Program-made: the position numbers and the translations under genes | Notes under the pieces: generated by a model | Database searches by the model: none | The model's input: only the letters and a program-made list of their open reading frames with translations | Told to the model about the DNA's origin: nothing | Shown here: positions 1 to 10,690 of the stretch, piece by piece | Layout: each line of letters starts with the position of its first letter | Numbering within the stretch: the first letter of the stretch is position 1 | Assembly (NCBI GenBank): GCA_963514005.1 | Contig: OY740810.1 | Span: 12,834,001-12,898,000 of the forward strand | Length of the DNA: 64,000 nt | Direction of reading: 5' to 3' | Origin: Raja brachyura | Taxonomy: Eukaryota

Positions 1-404
1 TATGATTAATCCTATTGATGGCAGTCGGTGGGTGCTTGATGGGAGAGGTAAAATTACAATAGGAATATAGGTTTGTAAAACTGGGTTATGTTAACTTGGC
101 AATAAAGTTGCAATACAACAAACTCAAGCTATTTATAAACAAATGATTATGTTTAGGCATTGGCTTGGGATTCCAAAATAATTTGGAACCCATCAACCAT
201 CTTGCATTTCCCTGTTCTAATCTCTTGCTCATTTCCCCAGTTAATGCAGCCTCCCAATGCTCTCCTGATAAACCCCAGTGTCCACAACATCTTCATTACT
301 TAGCTGAAGAATAAAAAGGATTGGGCAGGGATGAGTCATGACAGAGAGATGGGCTGGTGGGAGGATGGCACAGTGCAGATAAGAGGGGAAGATAAAACTG
401 CTGA

Positions 405-708
405 GTGTTTAGTTTAGAGGTACAGCGTGGAAACAGGCCCTTCGGCTCGCCGAGTCTGCACCGACCAGCGATCCCCACACACAAAGACTATCCTATTAGG
501 GACAATTTACATTTATGCCAAGCCAATTAACCTACAAACCTGTACGTCTTTGGAGTGTGGGAGGAAACCGAAGATCTCGGAGAAAACCCACGTGGTCAAG
601 GGGAGAATTTACAAACTCCGTACAGACAACACCCGTTGTCGGGATCAAACCAACGTCCTCGGCGCAGCAAGCGCTGTAAGGCAGCACGTCTACCGCTGTG
701 CCACCATG
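405..708 (-). mobile_element. HE1/V-SINE-like tRNA-derived SINE
   Basis: V-domain (TGTGGGAGGAAACCG...AAACCCACG) plus CR1-like tail (GGAAACAGGCCCTTCGG, TTTAG repeats). Confidence 0.8.
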
Positions 709-1275
709 CTACTCCCGGTCTAATAGATCGAATCAACCAGTGCTTAATTAGAATTCTGTGACATCCGTTCTATGGATGACACGGATGACCTTCCCATTAA
801 AACTGATCGCAGCATCTGCAATTCCTTGTATCTCCACAAAACTAATTGATCTCTATAATCATTGGGGTGCGATTTGCAGGCATTGTTGATTACCTAGTGA
901 CCATATAATTTTCCAGTTTTAATCACATTAATGTCGTAGTCCTTGTATGCTTTTGTGAATATGGCTTGATGAATATCTAACCTACAACTTTACCATGTTG
1001 ATAACTCTATCCTAACTAACAATTACTTTCCATTAACTGCATTTGAGAAATGCTCTTAATTAGCAAATATTTTGGATTAATATTCAAAGATTAAGACTTG
1101 GTGAGATTACTCGTTTAATGTATTGTAGTTCTTTCAGAAGTGAGACATGTTTTTGCATTTCTTGATCAATAATTTACTATTTGTATTATGATACTCATAG
1201 TTAAATAATCTGAGATTTTTTCTGTGAAAAGTAAGTTCCTATACAAACTATGACAATAGCCTTATTCCCCATTAG

Positions 1276-1520
1276 ACGCTATAGATACAGGGTGGAAGCA
1301 GGCCCATTGAGCCCCCCACACATACCAGCAATCACCCCGTACACTACCACTATCCTACACATAAGGAAGAATTTGCAGAAGCTAATTGATCTTCAAAGTA
1401 TAGGTCTTTAGATTGTGGGAGGAAATCTGGAGAAACCCCATGTGGTCACAGGGAGAATGTACAAAATCTAAAAGCAGCACCTGTGGTCGGGATTGAATCT
1501 GGGTCTCGGATTCCACTGTT
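1276..1520 (-). mobile_element. HE1/V-SINE-like copy
   Basis: Same V-domain and tail motifs, degenerate. Confidence 0.7.
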
Positions 1521-2345
1521 CTACCCATACTTTTTCGAAAGAAAAATTGAACTTGGAAGATGGAGGACTGATTTAAGATTTGAAGATGCAATTTTTATAA
1601 CTAAGTGTCTTTGTTTATAATCTGATTCCAAAACAATGAGGCTAAGCTTCAGCAAACTAATTACATTGTTAAACAAAACAAAGCTAATAATTCTTGGTAT
1701 GTTAATTGTTTCTATATATTTGCCTAGTTTAGCATTGGGATTTGCCAACTAATCTAAGGCATTGGGATTTGCCAATAATGAAGATATGGTTATATTAAAT
1801 GTTTTTAAAATCAGGCTGATCAAGAATGAACATGATAAATGTATATTTCTGGAAAAATTATTTTTTAAAAAAGCTAAAAAGTATGAAGCAACTGGGCTGT
1901 TGCATCTTCTAGTGTCCAGGACCTTGTCCTATAAAAAGTGAGTTTAAGCTGAGATGCACTGGAAATTACAAGAGTGCAAAATAAATTTACCGAGATGTGG
2001 AGGAGAACTGACGGGATAGATGTTGAGATTTAATTCTGTCTAAAACTTTAGCGTATAATTTCAGGATAATTAGGAAAAGAAGATTTTCTCTCTTCCCCAT
2101 ACATACACACACAGATGGTTGTAAGCCTGTGCATTCATTCATTATATTCAGGGCCGAGATCAAAAGTTGCACAGGTATTCCAAAGATGTGGGTATTGGGT
2201 GGCAATGTATGCGTTAAGGCATAGGATCCATCAGTGGTGGGACAGTCTCGAGGGACGATGTGGCCAAGTCCTGCTTCTGTTTCTCGCATTATTATGATGA
2301 ATGTATCTGTTGAGAAAACCTATAATTGTTTTTGAAGTGGAGATC

Positions 2346-2628
2346 ATGGTCGCATAGCAGTAGAGTTGCTGCTCGAACTCCTGCTACAGCACCAGAAACC
2401 CGGATGCGATCCTGACCACGGGTGCAGTCTGTACGCAGTTTGTACGTTCTCCTCATGACCGTGTGGGTTTTCTCCCACATTCTAAAGATGCACAGGTTTG
2501 TAGGTTGATTGGCTTTGGTTAAATTATCCCTGGTATGTGCAGAATAGTGTTAATGTGCGGGGATCGCTGGTCGACGTGGACTCAGTGGGCCGAAGGGCCT
2601 GAATCTGCACCGTGTCTCTAAACTAAAC
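2346..2628 (+). mobile_element. HE1/V-SINE-like copy
   Basis: tRNA-like head, GTTTGTACGTTCTCC..GTGGGTTTTCTCC, GGGCCGAAGGGCCTG..TCTCTAAACTAAAC tail. Confidence 0.8.
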
Positions 2629-2729
2629 AATGCCAAAATGCTAGGATATGGATCATGTTCATGGACTGTTGGCAGACCAATTTCCCTCTGGGGATAAATA
2701 ATGTTCTATCGTATTGTATTGCAACCAAC

Positions 2730-2822
2730 CTTTCACTGTGATTTTGTGCTCTCCAGTTCCTGGATGAGTGAAAAGTTCAACGTGGATAGATACTTCTCCC
2801 ACCGGATCATCCACACCAGATC
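2730..2822 (-). CDS. unc13a: unc13a exon, start of C2C ([31 protein letters not shown]), 93 nt
   Basis: ttatag acceptor, GTTGGT donor, phase 1 to 1. Confidence 0.94.
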
Positions 2823-3565
2823 CTATAAAATTGTAAAGAAATATGAAAGGCCCTTTTAATTATGATTATTAACTGTGTGTGAAGCATTCAGTGCAAAACT
2901 CACTGTATGCGAAGTGAGCCCCAGTGAACGACTAATTTATTAAGTGGGGTAGCCATGAGTGACATGCATAAATCTAACCAGTTAATATTTCCTCTCCCTC
3001 CAACCCAGTGCAAGCAATGTTTCAGCCACCATAATGCCACTGGTTCTGTTCTGGTGAGTTTGATGCAATTAAAAAATAACAGACACCAGTCTACATTCGA
3101 ATCTGCATGACAAATGCTTTAATTCAGTTTGTTGGGAGTTTAAATCCAATTGGTGTGACTTCAAAAATTAGACTATGTAGCCAAGCAGTGCTATTATCAA
3201 AAACAATAGATTTTGTAAATCTTCTAAAAGCTTCTATTCCTCAAAAGATATTCAAACTTTGTTTTCTCTCCTTACAAACTGAATATTATTTCAGAGGAAA
3301 TTCCATTTCAGGGTCTTGCAAAGACCTTTTCTTTAACCCAAATGAAAAAATCCTCCCTAATTATAATTGTAACAAGCAAATCACTACTTTGTGTGTTGAT
3401 TATCTGTAGAAAGGTGCTTGCTGCAAAAACATGCACAAGGACTGCTCAGTTTGGGTTGCTTAGTATTAGATTCTTTTATGCCCCACTTAGGTATCAACTG
3501 AACAGTTGTTTCAAGCCCAGACATTCTAATGCTGCCATTAATGGCAACATTAAGCTCAGACATAC

Positions 3566-3622
3566 CCTTTTCAGGATAAACCTCCTCGCTATGGGTAAAC
3601 CTAATACCCTTCCCACCATGCA
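3566..3622 (-). CDS. unc13a: unc13a 57-nt cassette exon in the MUN-C2C linker (VHGGKGIRFTHSEEVYPEKG)
   Basis: ctcag acceptor, GTATGT donor, symmetric phase 1 to 1; resembles rodent VHGGKGTRFTLSEDVCPEMG as recalled. Confidence 0.9.
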
Positions 3623-5149
3623 CTGAGTTGTGATATCAAAGCCAGACGGCAGGCGACAATGTAAAGAAAAAGAAATTGGAGTGAGAATATGCACAGAAGA
3701 CAGACATATCAGTTGTCCTAAGAAACAGATTTAGACACAAGATTATTGGAAAAAAGTTCCAGACATTAACCTTTGAGCTAAGAGCTTGTAGAAATCAAAA
3801 ACAAATAAACTGAAAGTTCCGTTACCTTTCATAAAATTCATGTTAAGGAATTGTTCATGTAGTTGTGTCAGATGAAGTAATATTTGAAAATGCTAATTCA
3901 GTATATTTAGCGTACAAAAAATGAGGCACCTGTTTTCTGGATTTATTCAATTAAATAGTATCCTGAATGACCCCAGGAGCCAGATGTTCCAAGTCTTACC
4001 ACTATCCAACACAGTTAGCATTAGTCTGAGAAAATAATGCAGATAATCCAATATACATACTGATATTTCAGATTATATCTCAATTAAGATATGCAAAAGT
4101 AGTATACAATAATTTTCATCCACATCTTTAAGAACATTAACTGGTATAGAAAATCAAATTCACTATTTTAGATGGGTTTAAAATCTTACATTTTAATTAA
4201 GATTAATCTTAATAATCGTTGGATGTAAGCATGACAGGTGACTAGTGTTTATTATCCTCGTTGCCAGGCTTGCTGTGTTACTTCAGAAGGATGGTAAAAT
4301 GTAACCATTTTATTGCAGATCAGGACTCTGTTGTAGGTCAAGTGCGAATAAAAATAGCACGTCCTTTTACTTAATTACCAGACTGTGATTTTCCTAGCTT
4401 CCCAAATGAACTGTTAATTAACCAGAGTAACCGCAAAGCTACCACATTCTTGATTCTTCTTTTACTTGGTAAATTTGGGATGATTGTGAAAATGTAGAAG
4501 GGAGAACTTATTACTAAATTGGATTTTTTAAAAAATAATTTGAATTAATTGCTAACTGAAATATTGATTTATTGCAAAAGTTCCACCAGTTTTCATCTAC
4601 ATAAATTCTGTTTTGTCCATTTATCCCCTATTTTGAAACAGTTTGTTTCAAGTTCTTGCTTTTAAAATAAAGTAGATTGAAAGTGGGGAAACTACAAAAC
4701 CTTCATTCATAACAGCATAGGACAGGTGAAAACATTTAGACACTAAGACATTCCAATTGTGTTTTTACCACAGTCATGGGATGCAAACACTTTAATGCCA
4801 GTTAAGACAGAATGGTTTGTGCTTATAAATTAAAACATACAGTGATTACCCAACCCCACTTCATATTTGAATCCAAGAAAGAAAATTTATCCAGAGGCAG
4901 ATTGTTGTTACAAATGATATTTAAATAATCTTGCCATTGTAAACTGGTTTCTAATTATTTCTTAGAATAATTTGACATAATTTGAGGAAGTTTCAACACT
5001 TCTGTTATCCAGCAACATAGGATTGCATTCTCATTTATCTGCAATAATCAAAGAATCATCTGCAAATATTTTTTTCCTGTTCCTGCACTGGTAACTCTGA
5101 TGTTTTCTGGAAACTAAACTTTTGCCCTTTTTTACAATCCAGTTGCTAC

Positions 5150-5540
5150 CACTAACATCATCCAAACACACATCAGATTCATACACATGGTGATGGCATC
5201 AAGCCTCAACTCAAGCTTATCCCTCTCAAACTCTCCAGTGCCTAATTTATCACTTTGTTTGCCTGACATTCGTTCCTGGAAGAACTGAAAATTCTTTCAA
5301 TTATTTCCTGGCACGACAAAATCCCAGGCCATGTCACGAGCACACTCCCACTCCTTGGCAGCTGTCCAAGGCTGAGATGGCCATTCACAACCGTATCTTA
5401 TGAACCTGCCATGAATGCCAAACTACAATCTCTAACATCGCCTACTTACACCTCTAAATCATTGTCCAATGCTGCTCCACCTTCACTCATCTTTAACTGA
5501 AACTCTCCTCCATGATTTTACACCCATTTAACTTGTCTAA
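5150..5540 (+). mobile_element. Highly decayed L2-type LINE RT fragment; similar remnant near 56620-57010
   Basis: Remnants resembling L.DI.SW...N.LQL and AY.HL..I..., ETL.H.F. Confidence 0.45.
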
Positions 5541-5574
5541 AATTCTGTAACAAGTTCCTTGGATGTATTGTTAA

Positions 5575-6370
5575 AGGACAAAGGACATTTATTGTCACAT
5601 ACACCAATTGGTGTAGTGAAATTTGACTTGCCATGCAGCACACAGATAAAGATAAGTCCCAACACTAAAGAATTAACAATAAACATAAAAACGTCCCCCC
5701 ACAATGGGGGAAGGCTCAAAGTCCAGTCCCATCCCCAAGTCCACCCATAGTCGGGCCTATTGAGGCCTCTGCAGTCGGCGCTACGGCGGGCCGATGTTTT
5801 AGGCCTTCTCGCCGGGTGTTGGAGCTCCGGTGTCGGGAGAGTCCTCATAGCTGCTTGGGACACCTGGAACGGCCGCTTCCCTACCGGAGTCCGTGGCTTC
5901 CGAAGCCGACAAGCCCGCGCTGGATGGAGTTCCACAACTGGTGATCTCGCCGAGAGATCCCAAGTTCCCGATATTAAAGTTCAGCGCTGCCGCCCGCTCC
6001 ACAGTCCCGCAGCTCCGCGATGTTCACCAGCATTCTGGAGCTCCAGCGCGGCGACCCAGGCAAGGTATCACCCGCTCCGCTGCCCGATCGTGCTCCAGCT
6101 CTGAGCCGAAGCCGATGTTCTGGGCGGTCCCCTCGGGAGCTCCAGACCCGCTGGTAGGCTGCAAGGACGGGTCGAAGTTGCAGCCCGGAGAAAAACCGCC
6201 TCTCTGACCAGGTAGGGACCCTGAAAAGTAGTTTCCCCCGTCCCCCCCACCACCCCCCACATAAAAACGACTAGAACTCCAAAACAAAACACTAAAACTC
6301 ACTAAAAATAATAGAAAGAAGTTAAAAAACAGACAGCTGCAGGCTGGGCAGCCATACCAACTGGACGGCT
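5575..6370 (-). mobile_element. GC/CpG-rich non-autonomous retroelement with a Rex1/Babar-like 3' tail
   Basis: Minus strand ends AATTTCACTACACC..GTGACAATAAA(TGTCCTT)2; CpG-rich non-coding body with a sharp compositional boundary. Family call is from recall. Confidence 0.55.
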
Positions 6371-6854
6371 CCGACCAATACTCATTATTTGATCATCCTT
6401 CTAATTCTAGATTCTGACCTCCTGATTTTGAACTGTCAGGTCATTAGTCTTTCAGGTTAGACTGCCTCTTTGCTTGCTGCCAATTATTTTTGATAAAAGG
6501 TGCTCAAACTGCAAATTGTCTTTCTTCAAAATTGAGCAGGGTCTTACTGCAACTCATTAAATCACCCAGTACCATACCTTTATTAATTTAACTGACTAGC
6601 TTCTAATTAGATTTCTATTTTATTTCACGAGTCTTTGAAGCTGCATGGTAGATGTTCATGGAGTCTGAAGAGTACCATGCAGTTGTTTAAAGCTATGTTC
6701 TTAATCAGTTTCAATTTGAAGCTGTTCAGTAACTGAAGCTTTATTCTCCTCAATCACGTTTTGTTACTGGTTTTGTTTTTACAGGGAAATTTAAAAAAAA
6801 AACTCAATTCAAAGCTGGAGCTGGATAAAATATCTTAATATCAGGCCTAACCAA

Positions 6855-7270
6855 TCTTATAGTTGATTGTATTATAGGAAGGATGTGGGGTTTAGGGAGG
6901 GTGCAAAAGAGGTTCACCAGAATGCTACTTGGATTAAGGAGAGGTCGAACCAATATCAATTGTGTTTCACTGGGCCATCAGAGACTGAGGGGAGACCCTC
7001 TTCCCTCAGATAGAAGTATACAATTATGAGGTGTAGATAACCAGAATCTTTTTCCCCTGAGGTGGAAATGTCAAATACCAGAGAGCATCAGATTAAGGTG
7101 AGATGGGGGAAAGTTTAAAGGAAATGCATGAGGCAGGTATTTTCTTGCATAGTAGTAGGTGCCTTGTATGTGTTGCCAGATGAGGTTATAGAAGCAGAGA
7201 GAATAGCAACATTTAACAGGCATTTGCACAGGCACATAAACAAGGAAATGGATAATATGCAGACAAATGG
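6855..7270 (+). mobile_element. Decayed CR1 LINE 3' fragment
   Basis: AGGAAGGATGTG...GGGTGCAAAAGAGGTTCACCAGAATG...GACTGAGGGGAGACC resembles the CR1 copies elsewhere in the window. Confidence 0.7.
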
Positions 7271-7879
7271 GATTAATTAGACTGGTATTGTGGTTGTGAC
7301 AGGAAGTGGAGTGTTGTACCTTTCTGTGGTCTTTGTTTCTATATAAGGCGAGGGAAACAGGGAAGCATTGAGTCAAGGGTACACAAAATGCTGGAGAAAC
7401 TCAGCGAGTGCAGCAGCATCTACGAAGCCCTTCCAGATGGTAAGGATTGCTGTGTGCTCTGAAGGAATCCCCATTAAATCAATGTTAGCAGCATTGAGTC
7501 AATGTTAGCTGGCTCAGGGCTGATACAGCCCTAATTAACACGACCAAGAGACTCTACCAATGGTTAACAATGAACAGACTACCTCTGGAACTGTGACAAG
7601 AAAAAACATAGTAAGGGCTGAAGCCACAGTGTGTATTCTTGGGGAAAGATTAAATGCATTAATGTCAAGCATGATGTTGCAAGCCTTGAATATGAAATCT
7701 TTGCCCATGGACAATGCAATCAATATCAAATACATAATGAAATTACAAAGGGCTTGCCCACAATGAATGCCATTACAAATAACCATTTTTACTAACAAGC
7801 AAATTGTCTTCTAATCTGTCAATGGATGAAATGTAGAAACGACAAGTGAACCTATGCTAGGACCAATTTTCATAGCCCT

Positions 7880-8600
7880 TCTGCAGTGCTCATCTTGTTC
7901 TTCGCCCCGTGCCACATTCTCGTGCATTGTGCAGCAGATCACCATCATTCTGGAGACCTACTGCTGTGTAATAAAGAGCACCTTCCGATTGCTCAAGGCA
8001 TCTAAAGCTGATGGTTTGCCATGTTCAAAATGGCTATCACTCTTATTTAAGAAAACAGCTGCTAACACTGTTTGAAGACGACGCAGATGGAAGGAGAACT
8101 GCCACAGGCATCATGGCAGCAATCGAAATGTTGTGCATCCGTGCAGAAAGGTCTACTTGCCCTATGAAACCAGTGCCATTTGGTGGATTGGCAGCCCTTC
8201 CAGATGATAAGGATTGTTGTGTGCTCTGAAGGGATCCCCATTACACTGCATAAGCAGTCAATAAGCACATACACTTGCACCGATCAAGCCAGAGCTTCAA
8301 CTCTAAATGGCCACTCACTTCAACTGCAAACAGTCAAATCAATTGGCAATGCTAGGGCAGAAAATGGCAATGGTCACTTGTCTGATGCAAAGGTGCACCA
8401 CTGCCTAAGAGGTGACGTATATTCTCTGTTGGTGCCCCAAAAGGTTCCAGGGGCAAAATAGTTAGGAGTAGCATGATGCTCACCGAATGCTTCATTAGGG
8501 AGATCACCCAAGCTCCATATAGCAGAGGGAAAGACGACATCCATTTTAACTCCAGTCCAGACGATACACAGAGCACTCACGGGAATTTGCTAGTACTGCA
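7880..8600 (-). pseudogene. Fossil PIF/Harbinger (HARBI1-like) DDE transposase
   Basis: Frame-broken motifs in the expected order: NYFAPGTF, VQ..IDC, KG.QS, CHDA, FRCLEQSEGALYY, VSRMMVICCTMH. Boundaries approximate. Confidence 0.7.
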
Positions 8601-8629
8601 AGCTTCCTCAAAAGGTAAACACTCATAAA

Positions 8630-9290
8630 TTGCAAGAACTCTGGAGTAGCTCTGCACAGGCAGCACCTCTAGAGAGCATCGGGTCGGGATCCTTCTTCAG
8701 ACCAAATGTGGGGAAGGGGTGGAAAGAAAGCTGAAAGAGAAGGGCAGTTCGAAGCCTGGTACCTAACGGGTTGATACAGGCGAGGGTTTTCTTTAATAGG
8801 CAGATGGTAGACAAAAGCCAAAGATGAAAAGAGAAATGGTTTGAGACAAAAGGATTTAAGAGTTAAGAATTCTAATGCTAGAGAAAGATATGCAACTGGA
8901 AGGGGAGAAATCGACTAGTATGTCCAGATGGGGGAGAAGTAGTGAGAGGGGGAAGGGTTTGTAGTTACCAAAAATTGGAGAATTCATTGTACATACCATT
9001 GGGTTGTAAGCCACCCAAGCGGTATATGAGGTTTAGTTTCTCCAGTTTGTATGTGGCCTTACTCTGGCATTGGAGGAGGCTCAGATCATAAAAGCCAGTA
9101 TGGGACCGGGAAGCGCAGTAAAAATGGTTAGCAACTGGGATATCCAGTAAATCTTTGCAGACAAGTGTGTTGGACAAAACAGTCTACGCTTGGTCTCGCT
9201 GATGTAAAGAAGGGATCAACTAGATGGAGGTGAGGGAGGAGGTATAGGGATAAGTGTTACAACTCCTGCAATGGCAGGAGAATTAATAAA
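8630..9290 (-). mobile_element. Penelope-like element 3' fragment (GIY-YIG endonuclease C-terminus plus pLTR-like tail)
   Basis: PVANHF...H......LLQCQSKATYKLE..LIYRLGGLQPNGM.NEFSNF in ORF 8965..9177, followed by a CTGAAGAAGG..CCGACCCG tail. Confidence 0.8.
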
Positions 9291-10269
9291 TTGTACTAAT
9301 TTCAGAGAATCAGAAATGTACACCACATAGAAACAGTCTCTTTGGCCCACCTCAACCTAGAAACTGTGATGTATATGTACATTAAAACCATTAGCTTACG
9401 TTAACACTGTTTCCCTCTGTGCTCTTTCTAGCCAAGTACCTGCCAAAAGCTGATTATATTAATTCTGAAGAAAGGTTTCGGCCCGAAACGTTGCCTATTT
9501 CCTTCACTCCATAGATGCTGCTGCACCCGCTGAGTTTCTCCAGCACTTTTGTCTACCTTGTATTAATTACAACCCTGGCTAGCTACCCACTTTTACAAGT
9601 GCCTGGCTGTCTGAAGTCCTTGAGGATCTGTGTTCCTTTGTACAAAGAACACACCTCCTATGGGTAATGTCTCAAGGTCCTTCCACGCACTCTTCCCTTC
9701 TCTCCTCACTTCAGTTTTTGAAGAACCCAATACTCTCCTATTTGTGGAAGTGCTGCTTATATTGTTTAGTTCCCTTTACAGGCTGCTTCCTGTGCTGCAA
9801 AGCTATGTGCCAGTATCTAAGTAATCTTGCAATAGGTCAAAATGATACCACATTCTGAAACTGATACATCGCGGTAATGTAAAAGAAAGTCCGATAAGAG
9901 TGTTCTTGGAACTTAGAAAATGTTGATTTGAATTGTCACAACACTTTTAGAACATGATTAAGGCAAAACAAAATGCTGTTTTTATGCCATTAGATAATAG
10001 GAAAGGAGTTACTCGACAGCTATTTATTTTCAGATTTGTACACCTCTGGCATTTTCCAGCTACCCAGGAAACCAGTTAATATTGGTGTTGATAAGTGCAA
10101 TTGCTCCAACCTTCCCTCCCTTGTGTTGTATAGCACCAAAACAGGCCCTTTGACAACTTGTATTTGCACCTACCACTACCACAATTTCTGACGGATCTTT
10201 CCATATACGTACCACCCTCTGTGTGGAAAAATGTCACTGTCTATACATCGCGTTTCCCATTCCCCCGAT

Positions 10270-10365
10270 TCCAGTCTGAAGAAGGGTCTCGACCCGAAAC
10301 GTCACCCATGGCTTCAGAGATGACGCCTGTTCCGCTGAGTTTTTTCAGCATTTTGCGTCTATCTC
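10270..10365 (+). repeat. Penelope-derived short repeat with a minimal hammerhead-like motif. Related copies near 9465(+), 12454(+), 23825(+), 29560-29652(-), 54721(+); tail-only copies near 7377, 19890, 23530-23710, 47670 and 53260.
   Basis: CTGAAGA-A-GGGTC-TC-GACCC-GAAAC-GTC followed by the shared GATGCTGCCTGACCCGCTGAGTTACTCCAGCA-type tail. Confidence 0.75.
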
Positions 10366-10483
10366 CAGCCTAACCAATCTCTCCTCATTACTCAACCCCT
10401 CCGGTCCAGGGAACATTCCTGTGAATCATTTCCGCAGCATCTCGAGCTTAATCACGTCCTTCAAGTACCTTGTAAGTTCACAA

Positions 10484-10690
10484 GACATAGGAGCAGAATT
10501 AGGCCATTCGGCCCATTGAGTCTGCTCCATAATTCAATCGTGACTGATCTATATTTCCCCCTCAATCCCATTCTCCTGTCTTCTTCCTGTAACCTTTGAC
10601 ACCTCTTACTAATCAAGAACCTATCAATCTCTGCTTTAAAAATAACAAACACTCTGACCACCGTCTGTGGCAATGAAATCCAGATTCACC
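10484..10690 (-). mobile_element. CR1 3' tail fragment
   Basis: CATAGGAGCAGAATTAGGCCATTCGGCCC...TCTCCTGTC...AACCTATCAATCTCTGCTTTAAA. Confidence 0.7.

Noticed and set aside
1732-1775. Direct repeat GCATTGGGATTTGCCAA x2 with a short spacer
   Set aside because: Only two units; a local duplication, not a CRISPR-like or functional array.
4000-4025. Possible 26-nt exon (ttctcag|ACTAATG...AGTG|gtaagac) upstream of the 57-nt cassette
   Set aside because: Not frame-preserving, gives an immediate stop and has no homology support. It could only be a poison exon and cannot be supported without RNA data.
5537-6302. Several overlapping 60-130 aa ORFs on both strands
   Set aside because: A by-product of high GC within a repeat; no recognisable domain and mutually overlapping.
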